Part shown: piece after piece, positions 9,269 through 18,567 of the stretch | How the letters are laid out: each line of letters starts with the position of its first letter | Numbering within the stretch: the first letter of the stretch is position 1 | Origin: Dehalococcoidales bacterium | GTDB lineage: Bacteria; Chloroflexota; Dehalococcoidia; Dehalococcoidales; JAUWZL01 | Direction: 5' to 3' | Length of the DNA: 64,000 nucleotides | Assembly: GCA_034413595.1 (NCBI GenBank) | Contig: DAOUMC010000018.1 | Location: 57,079 to 121,078 of the forward strand | Notes under the pieces: generated by a model | Seen by the model: the letters and a program-made list of their open reading frames with translations, nothing else | Told to the model about the DNA's origin: nothing | The model's database searches: none | Position numbers and translations under genes: made by a program

Positions 9269-11053
9269 CTACTCAACGGTCACGCTCTTAGCCAAATTCC
9301 TGGGAAAATCTATCGGGCAGCCCCTTTCCTGGGCGGCGTAGTACGCCAGTAGCTGCAACGCCACAGTATTGACCACCGGCGAAAATATGGCATCAACCCT
9401 GGGCAGGGCGATGACAAAATCAGCTACCTCGCTGATTGTCCCGTTTCCTTCTTCAACCAAGGCTATTACCGGTGCTCCCCTGGCCTTAATCTCCCTTACA
9501 CTGTTCACCATAGCCTCATAGGTGCTGTCCTTAGCCAGAATAGTAACTACCGGGGTATCCTTATCTAAAAGAGCAAAAGGGCCGTGCTTAAGCTCCCCGG
9601 CGGCATAACCTTCGGCGTGGATGTAGGCGATCTCTTTTAGCTTCAGGGCCCCCTCCAGAGCGATGGGATAGTTTAAGCCCCGGCCGATAAAGAAGGCACT
9701 TTCATGCCAAGACAGATACTGGCCATACTTCTTAATAACAAATTCATTATCCAGCACCTGCTGAATCTTGCTCGGCAGCTGCCTGATACTCAGGAGCATA
9801 TCAGCCAGTCTCTTGACATCGGCCTTGGAGTAAGACATCACCAGCCAGTAAAGGGCAATAAGCTGAGCGGTAAAGCTCTTGGTGGAGGCCACGCTTATCT
9901 CGGGGCCAGCCTGGGTGTAGATGGTCTGGTCCGCAAGCCGGCTGATGGTGCTACTAGCGACGTTAGTAATGGCTAAAACATGGCAGCCGGCTTCCTGTAA
10001 CCTTCTGGTAGCTCTGATTGTGTCTGCGGTCTCACCGGACTGGGTTATGATGATAGCCATGGTCTTGGCCAGCGCCTGGGGATAGTAATTAAACTCAGAA
10101 GCCAGCTCAGCCCTGACCGGAATCCTGAGAAGCTCCTCAAAAATATATTTGGCCACCAGACCGGCGTGATACGAAGTGCCACAGGCCAGCACCAGTACGG
10201 CCTCAATTCCGGCATCTCTTATACGTGCCAGGTCGGCTATCGGCTCCGTCCTCTGGCAATAAGCGACCAGGGTATCCCGCACCACCCGGGGTTGCTCATG
10301 AATCTCCTTGAGCATGAAATGGGAGTAGCCTCCCCTCTGCGCCTCGGCAACAGACCAGTTTATCTTATGCTCTTTTCCACTGACCCAGCTACCATTTCTC
10401 TTAATCTTTACACCGGAATCGGCTAAAACACCTATGTCACCCTCTTCCAGATATACCACCCGGTTGGTGTAGTCCAGTATCGCCGGTATGTCTGAGGCAG
10501 CGAAAGTCTCGTTGTCGCCGACACCGATTATCAGGGGGCTATCCCTTCTGGCAACCACCAGTTTTGGCTCACCCGCCCTAAGCGCCACAATGGCATAAGA
10601 GCCCGCTATGTCACCCAGGGCAGCCGCCACTGCCGTCTCCAGACTGCCATTGTAGTATCTCTCAATCAGATGAGGAATCACCTCGGTATCCGTATCGGAA
10701 GTAAAGTGGTGCCCTTCAGCGGTTAGCCTGAGCTTCAATTCCTGGAAATTGCTTATTACTCCGTTGTGCACCACGGCGATGTCGCCGGTACAATCACAGT
10801 GCGGGTGGGCATTTGCCGCCGACGGCTCGCCGCAGGTCGCCCAGCGGGTATGGCCGATGCCTACCAGGCCATTAAACTGGGGTATTTTTCGGGTAAGTTC
10901 ACCCACCCGTGAGGTATCCTTATACATTTTTAGAGCACTATCGGACACGGCTATACCCCAGGAGTCATAGCCCCGGTACTCAAGGTGGACAAGACAATTA
11001 AGCAAAACCGATTGAGCCTGCCTATTCCCGATATAACCAACAATGCCGCACAT
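9269..11053 (-). CDS. glmS: Glutamine--fructose-6-phosphate aminotransferase (isomerizing)
   Basis: 594 aa. It has the N-terminal MCGIVGY nucleophile, two SIS domains and a C-terminal KSVTVE. Confidence 0.97.
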   Translation of the reverse strand: MCGIVGYIGNRQAQSVLLNCLVHLEYRGYDSWGIAVSDSALKMYKDTSRVGELTRKIPQFNGLVGIGHTRWATCGEPSAANAHPHCDCTGDIAVVHNGVISNFQELKLRLTAEGHHFTSDTDTEVIPHLIERYYNGSLETAVAAALGDIAGSYAIVALRAGEPKLVVARRDSPLIIGVGDNETFAASDIPAILDYTNRVVYLEEGDIGVLADSGVKIKRNGSWVSGKEHKINWSVAEAQRGGYSHFMLKEIHEQPRVVRDTLVAYCQRTEPIADLARIRDAGIEAVLVLACGTSYHAGLVAKYIFEELLRIPVRAELASEFNYYPQALAKTMAIIITQSGETADTIRATRRLQEAGCHVLAITNVASSTISRLADQTIYTQAGPEISVASTKSFTAQLIALYWLVMSYSKADVKRLADMLLSIRQLPSKIQQVLDNEFVIKKYGQYLSWHESAFFIGRGLNYPIALEGALKLKEIAYIHAEGYAAGELKHGPFALLDKDTPVVTILAKDSTYEAMVNSVREIKARGAPVIALVEEGNGTISEVADFVIALPRVDAIFSPVVNTVALQLLAYYAAQERGCPIDFPRNLAKSVTVE

Positions 11054-11055
11054 AT

Positions 11056-12249
11056 CTACATCACCAGGCTTCTATCTGGCAGCCAGCCACTGATTATCTT
11101 CAGCGCCTGAATCTGAGCATGGTTACCGACAATAACGCCGGGCAGGGCGACCACATTGCTGCCCAAGGTACAGCCCTCCCCCAGCATAGCCCCAACCTTG
11201 ACCGAGTGGTTTTGCTCAATCCTGACCTCTGTTTGACCGCTTGAGGCGTTAAAGTGCCCTCCTATACTGCATCCCTTATCAATAACCGAATCCTGGATAA
11301 TGGAGCCAGGGCCGATAGTGACATCACTGCCTATGACGCTGTTCTCTATCTCGGTGAACGGCGAGATAACCACATTGTCGCCGATGCTGGTCGCGGGCAG
11401 GATACAGGTATTAGGCCCTATCTCACAGCCGCGCCCGATGACCACCGGGCCAGAGATGTAAGAATTTGACTTTATAACCGTATTCTCTGCTACCGAGACT
11501 AACCCTTTTATTGACACACCGGCCTCAATGGTGCCGCCCAGCCCAGGCTGGATTCGGCGAAGAATGGCACCATTAAGGCTCAGTATATCCCAGGGATAGA
11601 CAACTTCAAGCCAGGTGGCGTCTGTTTCCAGAGCTCTGATTTTTCTTCCCTGGGCCAGCATTCCGGTGAGGGCGGCCGGGATGTTGGGCTCGCCTTCAAT
11701 AAAGTCGAAGACTTGCCGGCTAAAGGCGTAGATACCGGTATTGGCAAGATAGATGCCGGCCTCCCGGCTTGGCCCCGAAGCCCGCCTCTCTAGGCGCATC
11801 GCCTCCTTTACCAGGCCTCCATCAACAGACACTATGGCACTTCTCAATGGGTTCTCCACTCTTTTGACCAGCATCGCCTCGGGTTTGGCATCAGCAAACT
11901 GAGCAATGGTATCAGCGTCAATCAGCTTATCCCCGGGCAGAACCAGAAATCTACTGGTAACCATCGGCTTGGCCTGCAGGAGAGCATCGGCGGTGCCCAG
12001 CTGCTTGGCCTGGGTTGCATAGGCTATTTTAACACCCAGTTGCTCTCCGGAAGCCAAGTAGTCAAATATCTGCTCCTGTCGGTAGCCGGCCACAAGTACG
12101 ATTTCACGAATGCCGTTCTGCGCCAGTGATTCCACCACATACTGCAATATCGGTTTACCGGCTATGACCAGCATCGCCTTTGGCTTACTAACCGTAAACG
12201 GTCTCAGCCTCTTCCCCTCCCCGGCCGCCAGAACTACCGCTTGCTTCAT
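11056..12249 (-). CDS. Sugar-1-phosphate nucleotidyltransferase with C-terminal left-handed beta-helix (archaeal GlmU-like), paralog 2
   Basis: MKQAVVLAAGEGKRLRPFT (the NTP-transferase G-x-G-x-R motif) plus hexapeptide repeats at the C-terminus. ATG 12249 is preferred because SD GGAGG lies upstream; the track ORF starts at GTG 12261. Confidence 0.85.
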   Translation of the reverse strand: MKQAVVLAAGEGKRLRPFTVSKPKAMLVIAGKPILQYVVESLAQNGIREIVLVAGYRQEQIFDYLASGEQLGVKIAYATQAKQLGTADALLQAKPMVTSRFLVLPGDKLIDADTIAQFADAKPEAMLVKRVENPLRSAIVSVDGGLVKEAMRLERRASGPSREAGIYLANTGIYAFSRQVFDFIEGEPNIPAALTGMLAQGRKIRALETDATWLEVVYPWDILSLNGAILRRIQPGLGGTIEAGVSIKGLVSVAENTVIKSNSYISGPVVIGRGCEIGPNTCILPATSIGDNVVISPFTEIENSVIGSDVTIGPGSIIQDSVIDKGCSIGGHFNASSGQTEVRIEQNHSVKVGAMLGEGCTLGSNVVALPGVIVGNHAQIQALKIISGWLPDRSLVM

Positions 12250-12261
12250 AGCCCCCTCCAC

Positions 12262-13467
12262 CTAAAAAATCCTTGCCCCGGGTGAAATAACTCCGCTAGC
12301 CACAGCGCCTGGCCCAATGACGGCATCATTGCCAATAACGCTGCCGACGTTAATACTAGCATTAATCCCGGTTTCAACTCCATCCCCAATTATAGCTCCC
12401 AGCTTGCGTCGTCTGCTATCCGCGCCAGCGACACTCACCTCTTTTTTATCCAGCCTTAAATTGGCAATCTTGGTGCCTGAGCCAAGGTTGCAGCCCTCAC
12501 CGACAACACTGTCACCGATGTAATTATGGTGCGGAATTTTACTACCTTTCATTATTATTGAACCCTTTATCTCAACCGCAGCACCAATACGGCAGCCATC
12601 ACCGATAGAGGTATAAGGGCGGATGTAACAGTTGGGGCCGATGTCACAGCCCCGTCCAATAATCACCGGGCCCACGATATAGCTACCAGCCTTCACCGTA
12701 GTACCCTCACCAATGCTGACCGCCCCTCTGATAACCGCATCGTCTTCTATCTCCCCCTGATTTTGTGGCTCAAGTGCGGCGAGGAGAGCCTCGTTGGCCA
12801 CCAGCAACTCCCAGGGGTAGTTCAGAGCAAGCCAATAACCAATCTCCCGACAGGCAACACGATGCCCTTTGTCCAGCATAAGCTGCAGGGAATGGGTTAT
12901 CTCATACTCCCCACGCGGTGATTTCGGCGTCCGGGCTATGGCATCAAATATAGCCGGTGTAAAAAGATAAAGGCCGGTATTGGCGATATGCGAGGGTGGC
13001 CGAGCCACCTTTTCATAGATATGTGTTATATAACCATCCCTCGCCTTAACCACTCCCAGACCCTCAACATCACCAACCTCCTTAACACCAATGGCAATCT
13101 CTCTATCGTCAGCCAGACGGGCGATATCCTCCCTGTTGGCGACAACGTCGCCATTCATTACCAGGAAGAGGTCGCTATCCACCAAAGCCCTGACCCTTCT
13201 AACAGCATCAGCCGTCCCCAGCCGTCTCCTCTGGGTTACGTAGTCTATTTTTAATCCCCATCTGTCCCCATTGCCAAAGTAGTCGCGCACCTGCTCATCG
13301 TGGTAGCCAACAACAAAGATGAATTCAGAAATGCCCGCCCCCGAGGCCTCAATTAGCAGGTGCTCCAGGATAGGCCTGTTGGCTATGGGCAGCATCACCT
13401 TAGGCCGGGTACAGGTCAGGGGGTGCATCCGTTCGCCCTCGCCGGCAGCAAGAACGACCGCTTTCAT
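12262..13467 (-). CDS. Sugar-1-phosphate nucleotidyltransferase with C-terminal left-handed beta-helix (archaeal GlmU-like), paralog 1
   Basis: MKAVVLAAGEGERMHPLT plus hexapeptide repeats. It has the same architecture and length as its downstream neighbour. Confidence 0.85.
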   Translation of the reverse strand: MKAVVLAAGEGERMHPLTCTRPKVMLPIANRPILEHLLIEASGAGISEFIFVVGYHDEQVRDYFGNGDRWGLKIDYVTQRRRLGTADAVRRVRALVDSDLFLVMNGDVVANREDIARLADDREIAIGVKEVGDVEGLGVVKARDGYITHIYEKVARPPSHIANTGLYLFTPAIFDAIARTPKSPRGEYEITHSLQLMLDKGHRVACREIGYWLALNYPWELLVANEALLAALEPQNQGEIEDDAVIRGAVSIGEGTTVKAGSYIVGPVIIGRGCDIGPNCYIRPYTSIGDGCRIGAAVEIKGSIIMKGSKIPHHNYIGDSVVGEGCNLGSGTKIANLRLDKKEVSVAGADSRRRKLGAIIGDGVETGINASINVGSVIGNDAVIGPGAVASGVISPGARIF

Positions 13468-13471
13468 TGCC

Positions 13472-14764
13472 CTAGCTCTCCTCCGCAGAACCCTGTATTA
13501 TCCTTATAGCACTATCGTATAGATGGTACGCCAGTGCCTCACTTTTGGCCTCAGCAGTAACCCTTATCCTGGGCTCAGTGCCTGAAGCACGGATAAGAAG
13601 CCAGCCCTCTTCAAAAACAAGTCTGGCACCATCTATTCTGCTTACCGAAAGCGGTTTCATAGCCGCCACCAGTTTTTCCTCCAGAGACGACATTACCACC
13701 CCATTGCGGCTGACACTACCCCGTAGCAGGGGATAGCCAGACGTGGCCTCTACCAAACGAGACAGCTTTTGCCTGCTGGCGATAGATATCACCAGAGCTG
13801 CCGCATAAATGCCGTCAGGGCACAGCGAGCTCCCAGGGAAAACCCAGCTTCCTGACGGCTCGCCACCAAAATCACCGCTCTTTTTGAGCTCCTGTGAGAC
13901 ATGGTTGTCACCGACGCCGGTCCGGATGACGCTAAAGCCGGCTTCATCCACCGCCATGGAGGCATCTACGGTGGTCACCACCTCTCTGGCACCCAGTTCA
14001 CAGGCCAAGAGCACCAACAGCTTATCTCCGGTAACAAAATAGCCCCGGTCATCAATCACCATCATTCGGTCTCCATCCCCGTCGTGGGCAATGCCCAGAG
14101 CGGCGCCGGACTCGCGGACTACCTTGATAAGCCCCGCTAAACTGGCCTCAGTGGGCTCGGCAGCCCTCGGGAAAAAGCCGCTGGAGTGGCAGTTAAGGGC
14201 TAACACCTCACAGCCCATCCTTCTTAACAGCTCAGGAGTAACCAGTGAGGCAGCACCACAGCCGCAGTCAAGTACCACCTTGAGCCTGAATTTCCCGGGA
14301 AAGTCAGCCAGTATGTGTTCAATATGCTTCTCAATGGCATCAAGGTACACATCAGGCGACTGAAACCTGTCCCACGAGGTAACAGAAAGGGAGTCACTTG
14401 AAATCATCTCCTCTATCTGCCTCTGCTGGTGCCAATCAAAGGCAGAGCCATCCGGGTTCAGTAGCTTGAGGCCATTATATTCCGGAGGGTTATGAGAAGC
14501 GGTAACCATCACTCCACAGTCAAACTCTCTTGCCGCCAGAGCCAGCGCTGGCGTGGGCAAAACTCCGGCGTCATAGCTCCTGGCGCCAGCCGCCAGCAAC
14601 CCGGAAGTGACCGCCTGTTTCAGGGCGTTTGAGGAGGTTCTGGTATCACAGCCAACAATCACACCGGTGTTTTGTCTCCCTATCGCCAGTCCGGCCTTTA
14701 GTGTCGTCTGAAGTAGCCAACTGTCCACAACAGCCCTGATACCAGATGTGCCAAACAACCCCAT
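13472..14764 (-). CDS. Phosphohexomutase (phosphoglucosamine/phosphomannomutase, archaeal-like)
   Basis: The active-site loop is TASHNPPEYNG and the N-terminus is MGLFGTSGIR. The start is set at ATG 14764; the track begins at TTG 14794. Confidence 0.85.
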   Translation of the reverse strand: MGLFGTSGIRAVVDSWLLQTTLKAGLAIGRQNTGVIVGCDTRTSSNALKQAVTSGLLAAGARSYDAGVLPTPALALAAREFDCGVMVTASHNPPEYNGLKLLNPDGSAFDWHQQRQIEEMISSDSLSVTSWDRFQSPDVYLDAIEKHIEHILADFPGKFRLKVVLDCGCGAASLVTPELLRRMGCEVLALNCHSSGFFPRAAEPTEASLAGLIKVVRESGAALGIAHDGDGDRMMVIDDRGYFVTGDKLLVLLACELGAREVVTTVDASMAVDEAGFSVIRTGVGDNHVSQELKKSGDFGGEPSGSWVFPGSSLCPDGIYAAALVISIASRQKLSRLVEATSGYPLLRGSVSRNGVVMSSLEEKLVAAMKPLSVSRIDGARLVFEEGWLLIRASGTEPRIRVTAEAKSEALAYHLYDSAIRIIQGSAEES

Positions 14765-14830
14765 TGATACAATTTTAACCACCTGAAGAGCCAAAAGTCA
14801 ACAACTATGGCGTAGTATTTCAGTAATTTC

Positions 14831-14860
14831 TTGACACAAAACGGGTAAAACCTTTAGTAT
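14831..14860 (+). promoter_or_regulatory. Candidate promoter for trxA (TTGACA-18-TAGTAT)
   Basis: TTGACA at 14831-14836 and TAGTAT at 14855-14860, about 45 nt upstream of the trxA ATG. Confidence 0.4.
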
Positions 14861-14904
14861 AAAGCTAGCAGTCCGGTAATCCAAGACCGAAAGGGGACGA
14901 AGGC

Positions 14905-15222
14905 ATGGTTTCAGACATTACTGACCAGAACTTTGAACAAGAGGTAATAAAATCTACCCAGCCGGTGCTGGTAGACCTGTGGGCACCCTGGTGTGGGCCC
15001 TGCCGCATCATCGGACCGGTCATTGATAGACTGGCGGAGAAGTACCAGGGCAGGTTTAAATTCTGCCGTCTGAACGTTGACGAAAACCCGAAAACGGCCG
15101 GTAGTTACAGGATTATGTCAATACCAACGCTGATGTTCTTTAAGGATGGAAAGGCGGTAGACACGGTGATTGGTGCCGTACCTGAAGCGGTTCTCAAAGC
15201 CAAGATAGAAAAACTTGTTTAG
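14905..15222 (+). CDS. trxA: Thioredoxin
   Basis: 105 aa with the WCGPC active site. Confidence 0.95.
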   Translation: MVSDITDQNFEQEVIKSTQPVLVDLWAPWCGPCRIIGPVIDRLAEKYQGRFKFCRLNVDENPKTAGSYRIMSIPTLMFFKDGKAVDTVIGAVPEAVLKAKIEKLV

Positions 15223-15225
15223 ACC

Positions 15226-16035
15226 TCAGCCAGAATCAGCCGGCTTTTGCTGGCTGCTGCCGGCGGTCGGTAGCACCACCGGCAGTCCGCTTAACGGATG
15301 GCTATAGATACAACTTCCGGAGCCATATACCTGCCCGATATTCTCGGCATTGATGACCTCACCCGGTTTACCCTCAGAATGAATCTGCCCCTTGTCCACC
15401 AGCACCAGACGGTCGCAGTATTGCGCCGCCAGATTCAGGTCGTGCAGAGCGATAACAACCGCCAGCTTATCCCGATGGCACAGGGCTTTGATTAAGTCCA
15501 TAATTTCAACCTGGCGGCCGATATCCAGATTGGCCGTCGGCTCATCAAGGAGAATGGCCTCAGTCTGCTGGGCTAGAACACGGGCGATAACAATGCCCTG
15601 TATTTCACCACCGGAAAGCTCACCAATCCTTCTACGGGCGAGGTGCTCAGTTGATGTTCTGACCATGGCCTGCCAGGCGACGTCAATGTCTCCTGCCCCC
15701 TCGTACCGGAGAAGACCGAGGTGAGGGTTTCTGCCCATGAGCACTATCTCAAAAGCAGTAAAGGTACTGGGCAGAAGCGGAATCTGAGGAACAACTCCGA
15801 TTAAGCAAGACAGCTCCCGCCTTGGTATCCGGGATATATCCCGCCCGTTCACCAAGATGCTGCCGGAATAAGGCCAGATGACCCGGCTTATCGCCTTAAT
15901 GATGGTGGACTTACCGCAGCCATTAGGTCCGACCAGACCCAGCATCTCCCCGGGCCTTATCTCAAGGGTCATATCTTTGACCACCGCTTTTCGCCTGTAG
16001 CCCAGAGTAACGCTTTTAAGCTTTAGCTCAACCAT
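15226..16035 (-). CDS. ABC transporter ATP-binding protein (iron-siderophore/cobalamin type, BtuD/FepC-like)
   Basis: Walker A GPNGCGKST, signature LSGGE and Walker B ILLDEP. Confidence 0.9.
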   Translation of the reverse strand: MVELKLKSVTLGYRRKAVVKDMTLEIRPGEMLGLVGPNGCGKSTIIKAISRVIWPYSGSILVNGRDISRIPRRELSCLIGVVPQIPLLPSTFTAFEIVLMGRNPHLGLLRYEGAGDIDVAWQAMVRTSTEHLARRRIGELSGGEIQGIVIARVLAQQTEAILLDEPTANLDIGRQVEIMDLIKALCHRDKLAVVIALHDLNLAAQYCDRLVLVDKGQIHSEGKPGEVINAENIGQVYGSGSCIYSHPLSGLPVVLPTAGSSQQKPADSG

Positions 16036-16044
16036 CCTTGGTCC

Positions 16045-17148
16045 TCAAAAAAGCATCCCCGCCCGGCGACGAAGCAAATAGAGAAAGAAGGGTACGCCGC
16101 ACAGCGCGGTAATCACCCCGATGGGTATCTCAGAGGGTGCAGCAACGGTGCGGGCCAGAATGTCGGCCAGGATAAGAAAGATAGCACCGCTCAACAGCGA
16201 CAGGGGTAGCAGGAAGCGGTGGTCCGGCCCCCAGATGAGACGCACGCCATGGGGAATGATGATGCCCACAAAGCCGATAATGCCCACAAAAGAAACGGCG
16301 GCGGCCGTACTCACGGTAGCCGCAGCCAGAAGAACAAGCTTCACCCGTTCCACGTTGATGCCCAGCTGCTGGGCCTGTTCCTCATCCAGCTGCATTATGT
16401 TGAGCGAACGGGCAAAAAGCAGAATAACGGCCGTCCCGACGACCACGATGGGCAGGACAATCCCGACGTCAGACCACTGGCTTAAGGAGAAACTGCCCAT
16501 AAGCCAGAACAGTATTCCGTGTAGCTGTTCCCCGCTGGTAATTATCAGGTAAGAAACGACCGAGGCCAGAAGAGCTCCCAGAGCGACGCCGGCCAGGATG
16601 AGAGTGGTTACGGGCACCGTTCTTCCCACCCGTGCCAGGCTATAGACGACAGCCACGCTTATTAGTGCCCCGGCAAATGCCAGCACCGGCACCAGGCCAA
16701 CATCCAGGCCTGATAATGAGATCGGAAGCAAGAAACCGATAACAGCCCCCAGGGCTGCCCCCTGGGCCACACCGATGAGATAGGGGTCAGCCAGGGGATT
16801 ACGAAACAGCCCCTGGTAGCCAGCCCCGGCCACCGCCAGGGCAGCACCAACCACTCCGGCCAGAAGGACCCGGGGCAGACGTATGTCCAGGATTATGGTT
16901 TCCGCAGCGCTCGTCCAGGTTGGAGTTATGTCAACAAAAGGTAGCCGTGATAAAAGGATTTTGGAAGTGACCGGGAAAGGGATGCCCACGCTACCAACGG
17001 TGGTGGCGAAGACAATCACCAGCACCAGCAGTATTAAGAGCCCCAGAATGGCAGGCAAACGCCGCCGGTAAGAGTAGATAGCCCTGGGCATTTGCCGGTT
17101 GTCTACATCTGACTCAGACTGTTTAGGTGGCATAACAAAGACCGCCAC
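16045..17148 (-). CDS. FecCD/BtuC-family ABC permease
   Basis: 367 aa and polytopic hydrophobic. It shows the typical FecCD pattern (LAGVVGAALAVAGAGYQGLFRNPLADPYLIG). Confidence 0.9.
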   Translation of the reverse strand: MAVFVMPPKQSESDVDNRQMPRAIYSYRRRLPAILGLLILLVLVIVFATTVGSVGIPFPVTSKILLSRLPFVDITPTWTSAAETIILDIRLPRVLLAGVVGAALAVAGAGYQGLFRNPLADPYLIGVAQGAALGAVIGFLLPISLSGLDVGLVPVLAFAGALISVAVVYSLARVGRTVPVTTLILAGVALGALLASVVSYLIITSGEQLHGILFWLMGSFSLSQWSDVGIVLPIVVVGTAVILLFARSLNIMQLDEEQAQQLGINVERVKLVLLAAATVSTAAAVSFVGIIGFVGIIIPHGVRLIWGPDHRFLLPLSLLSGAIFLILADILARTVAAPSEIPIGVITALCGVPFFLYLLRRRAGMLF

Positions 17149-17194
17149 CCCCTTTCCCGCTCACGCTAATTAAACGCCTTACCAAAAATACTGG

Positions 17195-18220
17195 CTACTC
17201 AACAGGGCCGAATATCTCAGGGTGTATCATCCTGGCCAGCTGTTCCAGCGCCTCCACTATCCTGGGCCCGGGACGGCCGGTCAGGTCATCATTTACTCCG
17301 TACACCTGATGGTTGATACGGGCATCCGTAGCCTTGAGTCTATCCTCATTCAAGGCAAACTGATAGGGCAGGTCAGAACCCGTTCCCATAGTCCGAGAGG
17401 CAAGAATCACCTGAGGGTTCCTGTCGATAATTGTTTCCAGGTTAACTATAGGAGCGCCGGCGAGGTCCTGAAAAATGTTCACGCCACCGGCGGCCTCAAT
17501 CAGTGTATTACCCAGGGTGTCACCACCTATGGCATAAATGGGGTCATGCCAGACGATATAGAGCACCCTGGGCCTCTCGGAGTCCGGCAGATTTTCGGTC
17601 TTGTCGGTGATGGCCTTAATCCGTTCCTTCATTCCGGCCACCAGCTGAGCAGCCTCATCCTCGGTGCCGGTGCACTTGCCCACCAGATTGATAGCCTGGT
17701 AGACCAAATCAAAGGTATCCACCTGCGTCTTCAGGACCAGGATGGCTGAGCCCGGGATGAACTGCTCCAGCTTGGGGACGACCTCGGGTAGATGGGTCTC
17801 GCTCACCAGAACCAGGTCTGGTTTAATGGTCACTATCTGTTCTATACTGACGTCTATATCGGTCAGGCTGAAGCCGCCTATCTTAGGCTTCTCCTGTGCC
17901 TCAGGAGGGTAGTTGCAGAACTGTGTTACCCCGACTACCCTATCACCAAGACCCAGGGCAAATGCGATTTCGGTATTGCTCGGTGCCAGCGAAACAATCG
18001 TTTCCGGCATTTTATTTATGGTGACCAGTCTGCCAGCCTGGTCGGTCACCGTTAGCGGAAATCCTGCCCCTCCTGAAACCGGTGTCGTGGACACCCCGGC
18101 TCCCAGGCAAGCCGTAGCAACCGCCAGCAAGACCAGTAATATGCCACCCGCCAGAATCCCTTTAAACCACAGTTTCTTCTTTCCTTGGTCAAAAGCACCA
18201 ATACCAATCAATCTCTTCAC
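17195..18220 (-). CDS. Periplasmic/lipoprotein substrate-binding protein, BtuF/FhuD class (likely corrinoid binding)
   Basis: GTG 18220 follows SD GGAGGA. A signal peptide with lipobox-like AVATAC is present. This is the first gene after the cobalamin riboswitch. The longer track ORF (to 18394) would translate the riboswitch and its terminator. Confidence 0.8.
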   Translation of the reverse strand: MKRLIGIGAFDQGKKKLWFKGILAGGILLVLLAVATACLGAGVSTTPVSGGAGFPLTVTDQAGRLVTINKMPETIVSLAPSNTEIAFALGLGDRVVGVTQFCNYPPEAQEKPKIGGFSLTDIDVSIEQIVTIKPDLVLVSETHLPEVVPKLEQFIPGSAILVLKTQVDTFDLVYQAINLVGKCTGTEDEAAQLVAGMKERIKAITDKTENLPDSERPRVLYIVWHDPIYAIGGDTLGNTLIEAAGGVNIFQDLAGAPIVNLETIIDRNPQVILASRTMGTGSDLPYQFALNEDRLKATDARINHQVYGVNDDLTGRPGPRIVEALEQLARMIHPEIFGPVE

Positions 18221-18261
18221 TATTTCCTCCGATGTAGTATTGTCTGTTCTGATTTTGTGGC

Positions 18262-18296
18262 TAAAAAAATTCCCTTGCCCCTCGGGCAAGGGAACG
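18262..18296 (-). terminator. Intrinsic terminator acting as riboswitch expression platform
   Basis: The minus strand reads TTCCCTTGCCC-GAGG-GGCAAGGGAA followed by TTTTTTT. It sits between the riboswitch aptamer and the SBP start codon. Confidence 0.75.
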
Positions 18297-18299
18297 CCC

Positions 18300-18490
18300 T
18301 CATGTCTTACTAAACATGACGCACCTCCTTCTCCCGCGGAGGATAAGGGCTCAGGAGGTCTGGCGTTCTGACTTCTGGCACATCTGCCAGTCACAGCAGG
18401 CGGTACTGCGTCGGAATTTCACCGACTTGCTCTCCAGTCGAGCCTGAACCAGCTCAGGCCCCTCCGAGCCACCGGTATTAAATTGTTCCC
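18300..18490 (-). promoter_or_regulatory. Cobalamin (B12) riboswitch
   Basis: The minus strand contains GGTGAAATTCCGA, CAGTACCGCCTGCTGTGA and a B12-box-like GCCAGAAGTCAGAACGCCAGACC. It lies upstream of btuFCD-like genes. Confidence 0.75.
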
Positions 18491-18491
18491 T

Positions 18492-18520
18492 AACCTACTA
18501 TCTTTTTAAACATTTGTCAA
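18492..18520 (-). promoter_or_regulatory. Candidate promoter of the riboswitch-btuFCD transcript (TTGACA-17-TAGGTT)
   Basis: Minus-strand TTGACA at 18520-18515 and a weak -10 TAGGTT at 18497-18492. Confidence 0.4.
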
Positions 18521-18527
18521 GCCATCT

Positions 18528-18556
18528 TTGCCTAACCTCAAGCTGGTTGATATAAT
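18528..18556 (+). promoter_or_regulatory. Promoter of the ccdA operon (TTGCCT-17-TATAAT); very short leader
   Basis: TTGCCT at 18528-18533 and TATAAT at 18551-18556. The ATG at 18568 lies only 11 nt after the -10 box, with no SD. Confidence 0.55.
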
Positions 18557-18567
18557 GAAATAAATCA

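Noticed and set aside
18221-18394. N-terminal 58-aa extension of the binding-protein ORF given in the track (MTGRCARSQNARPPEPLSSAGEGG...).
   Set aside because: This stretch is the cobalamin riboswitch 3' half plus its terminator hairpin and T-tract. A proper SD+GTG followed by a signal peptide occurs at 18220.
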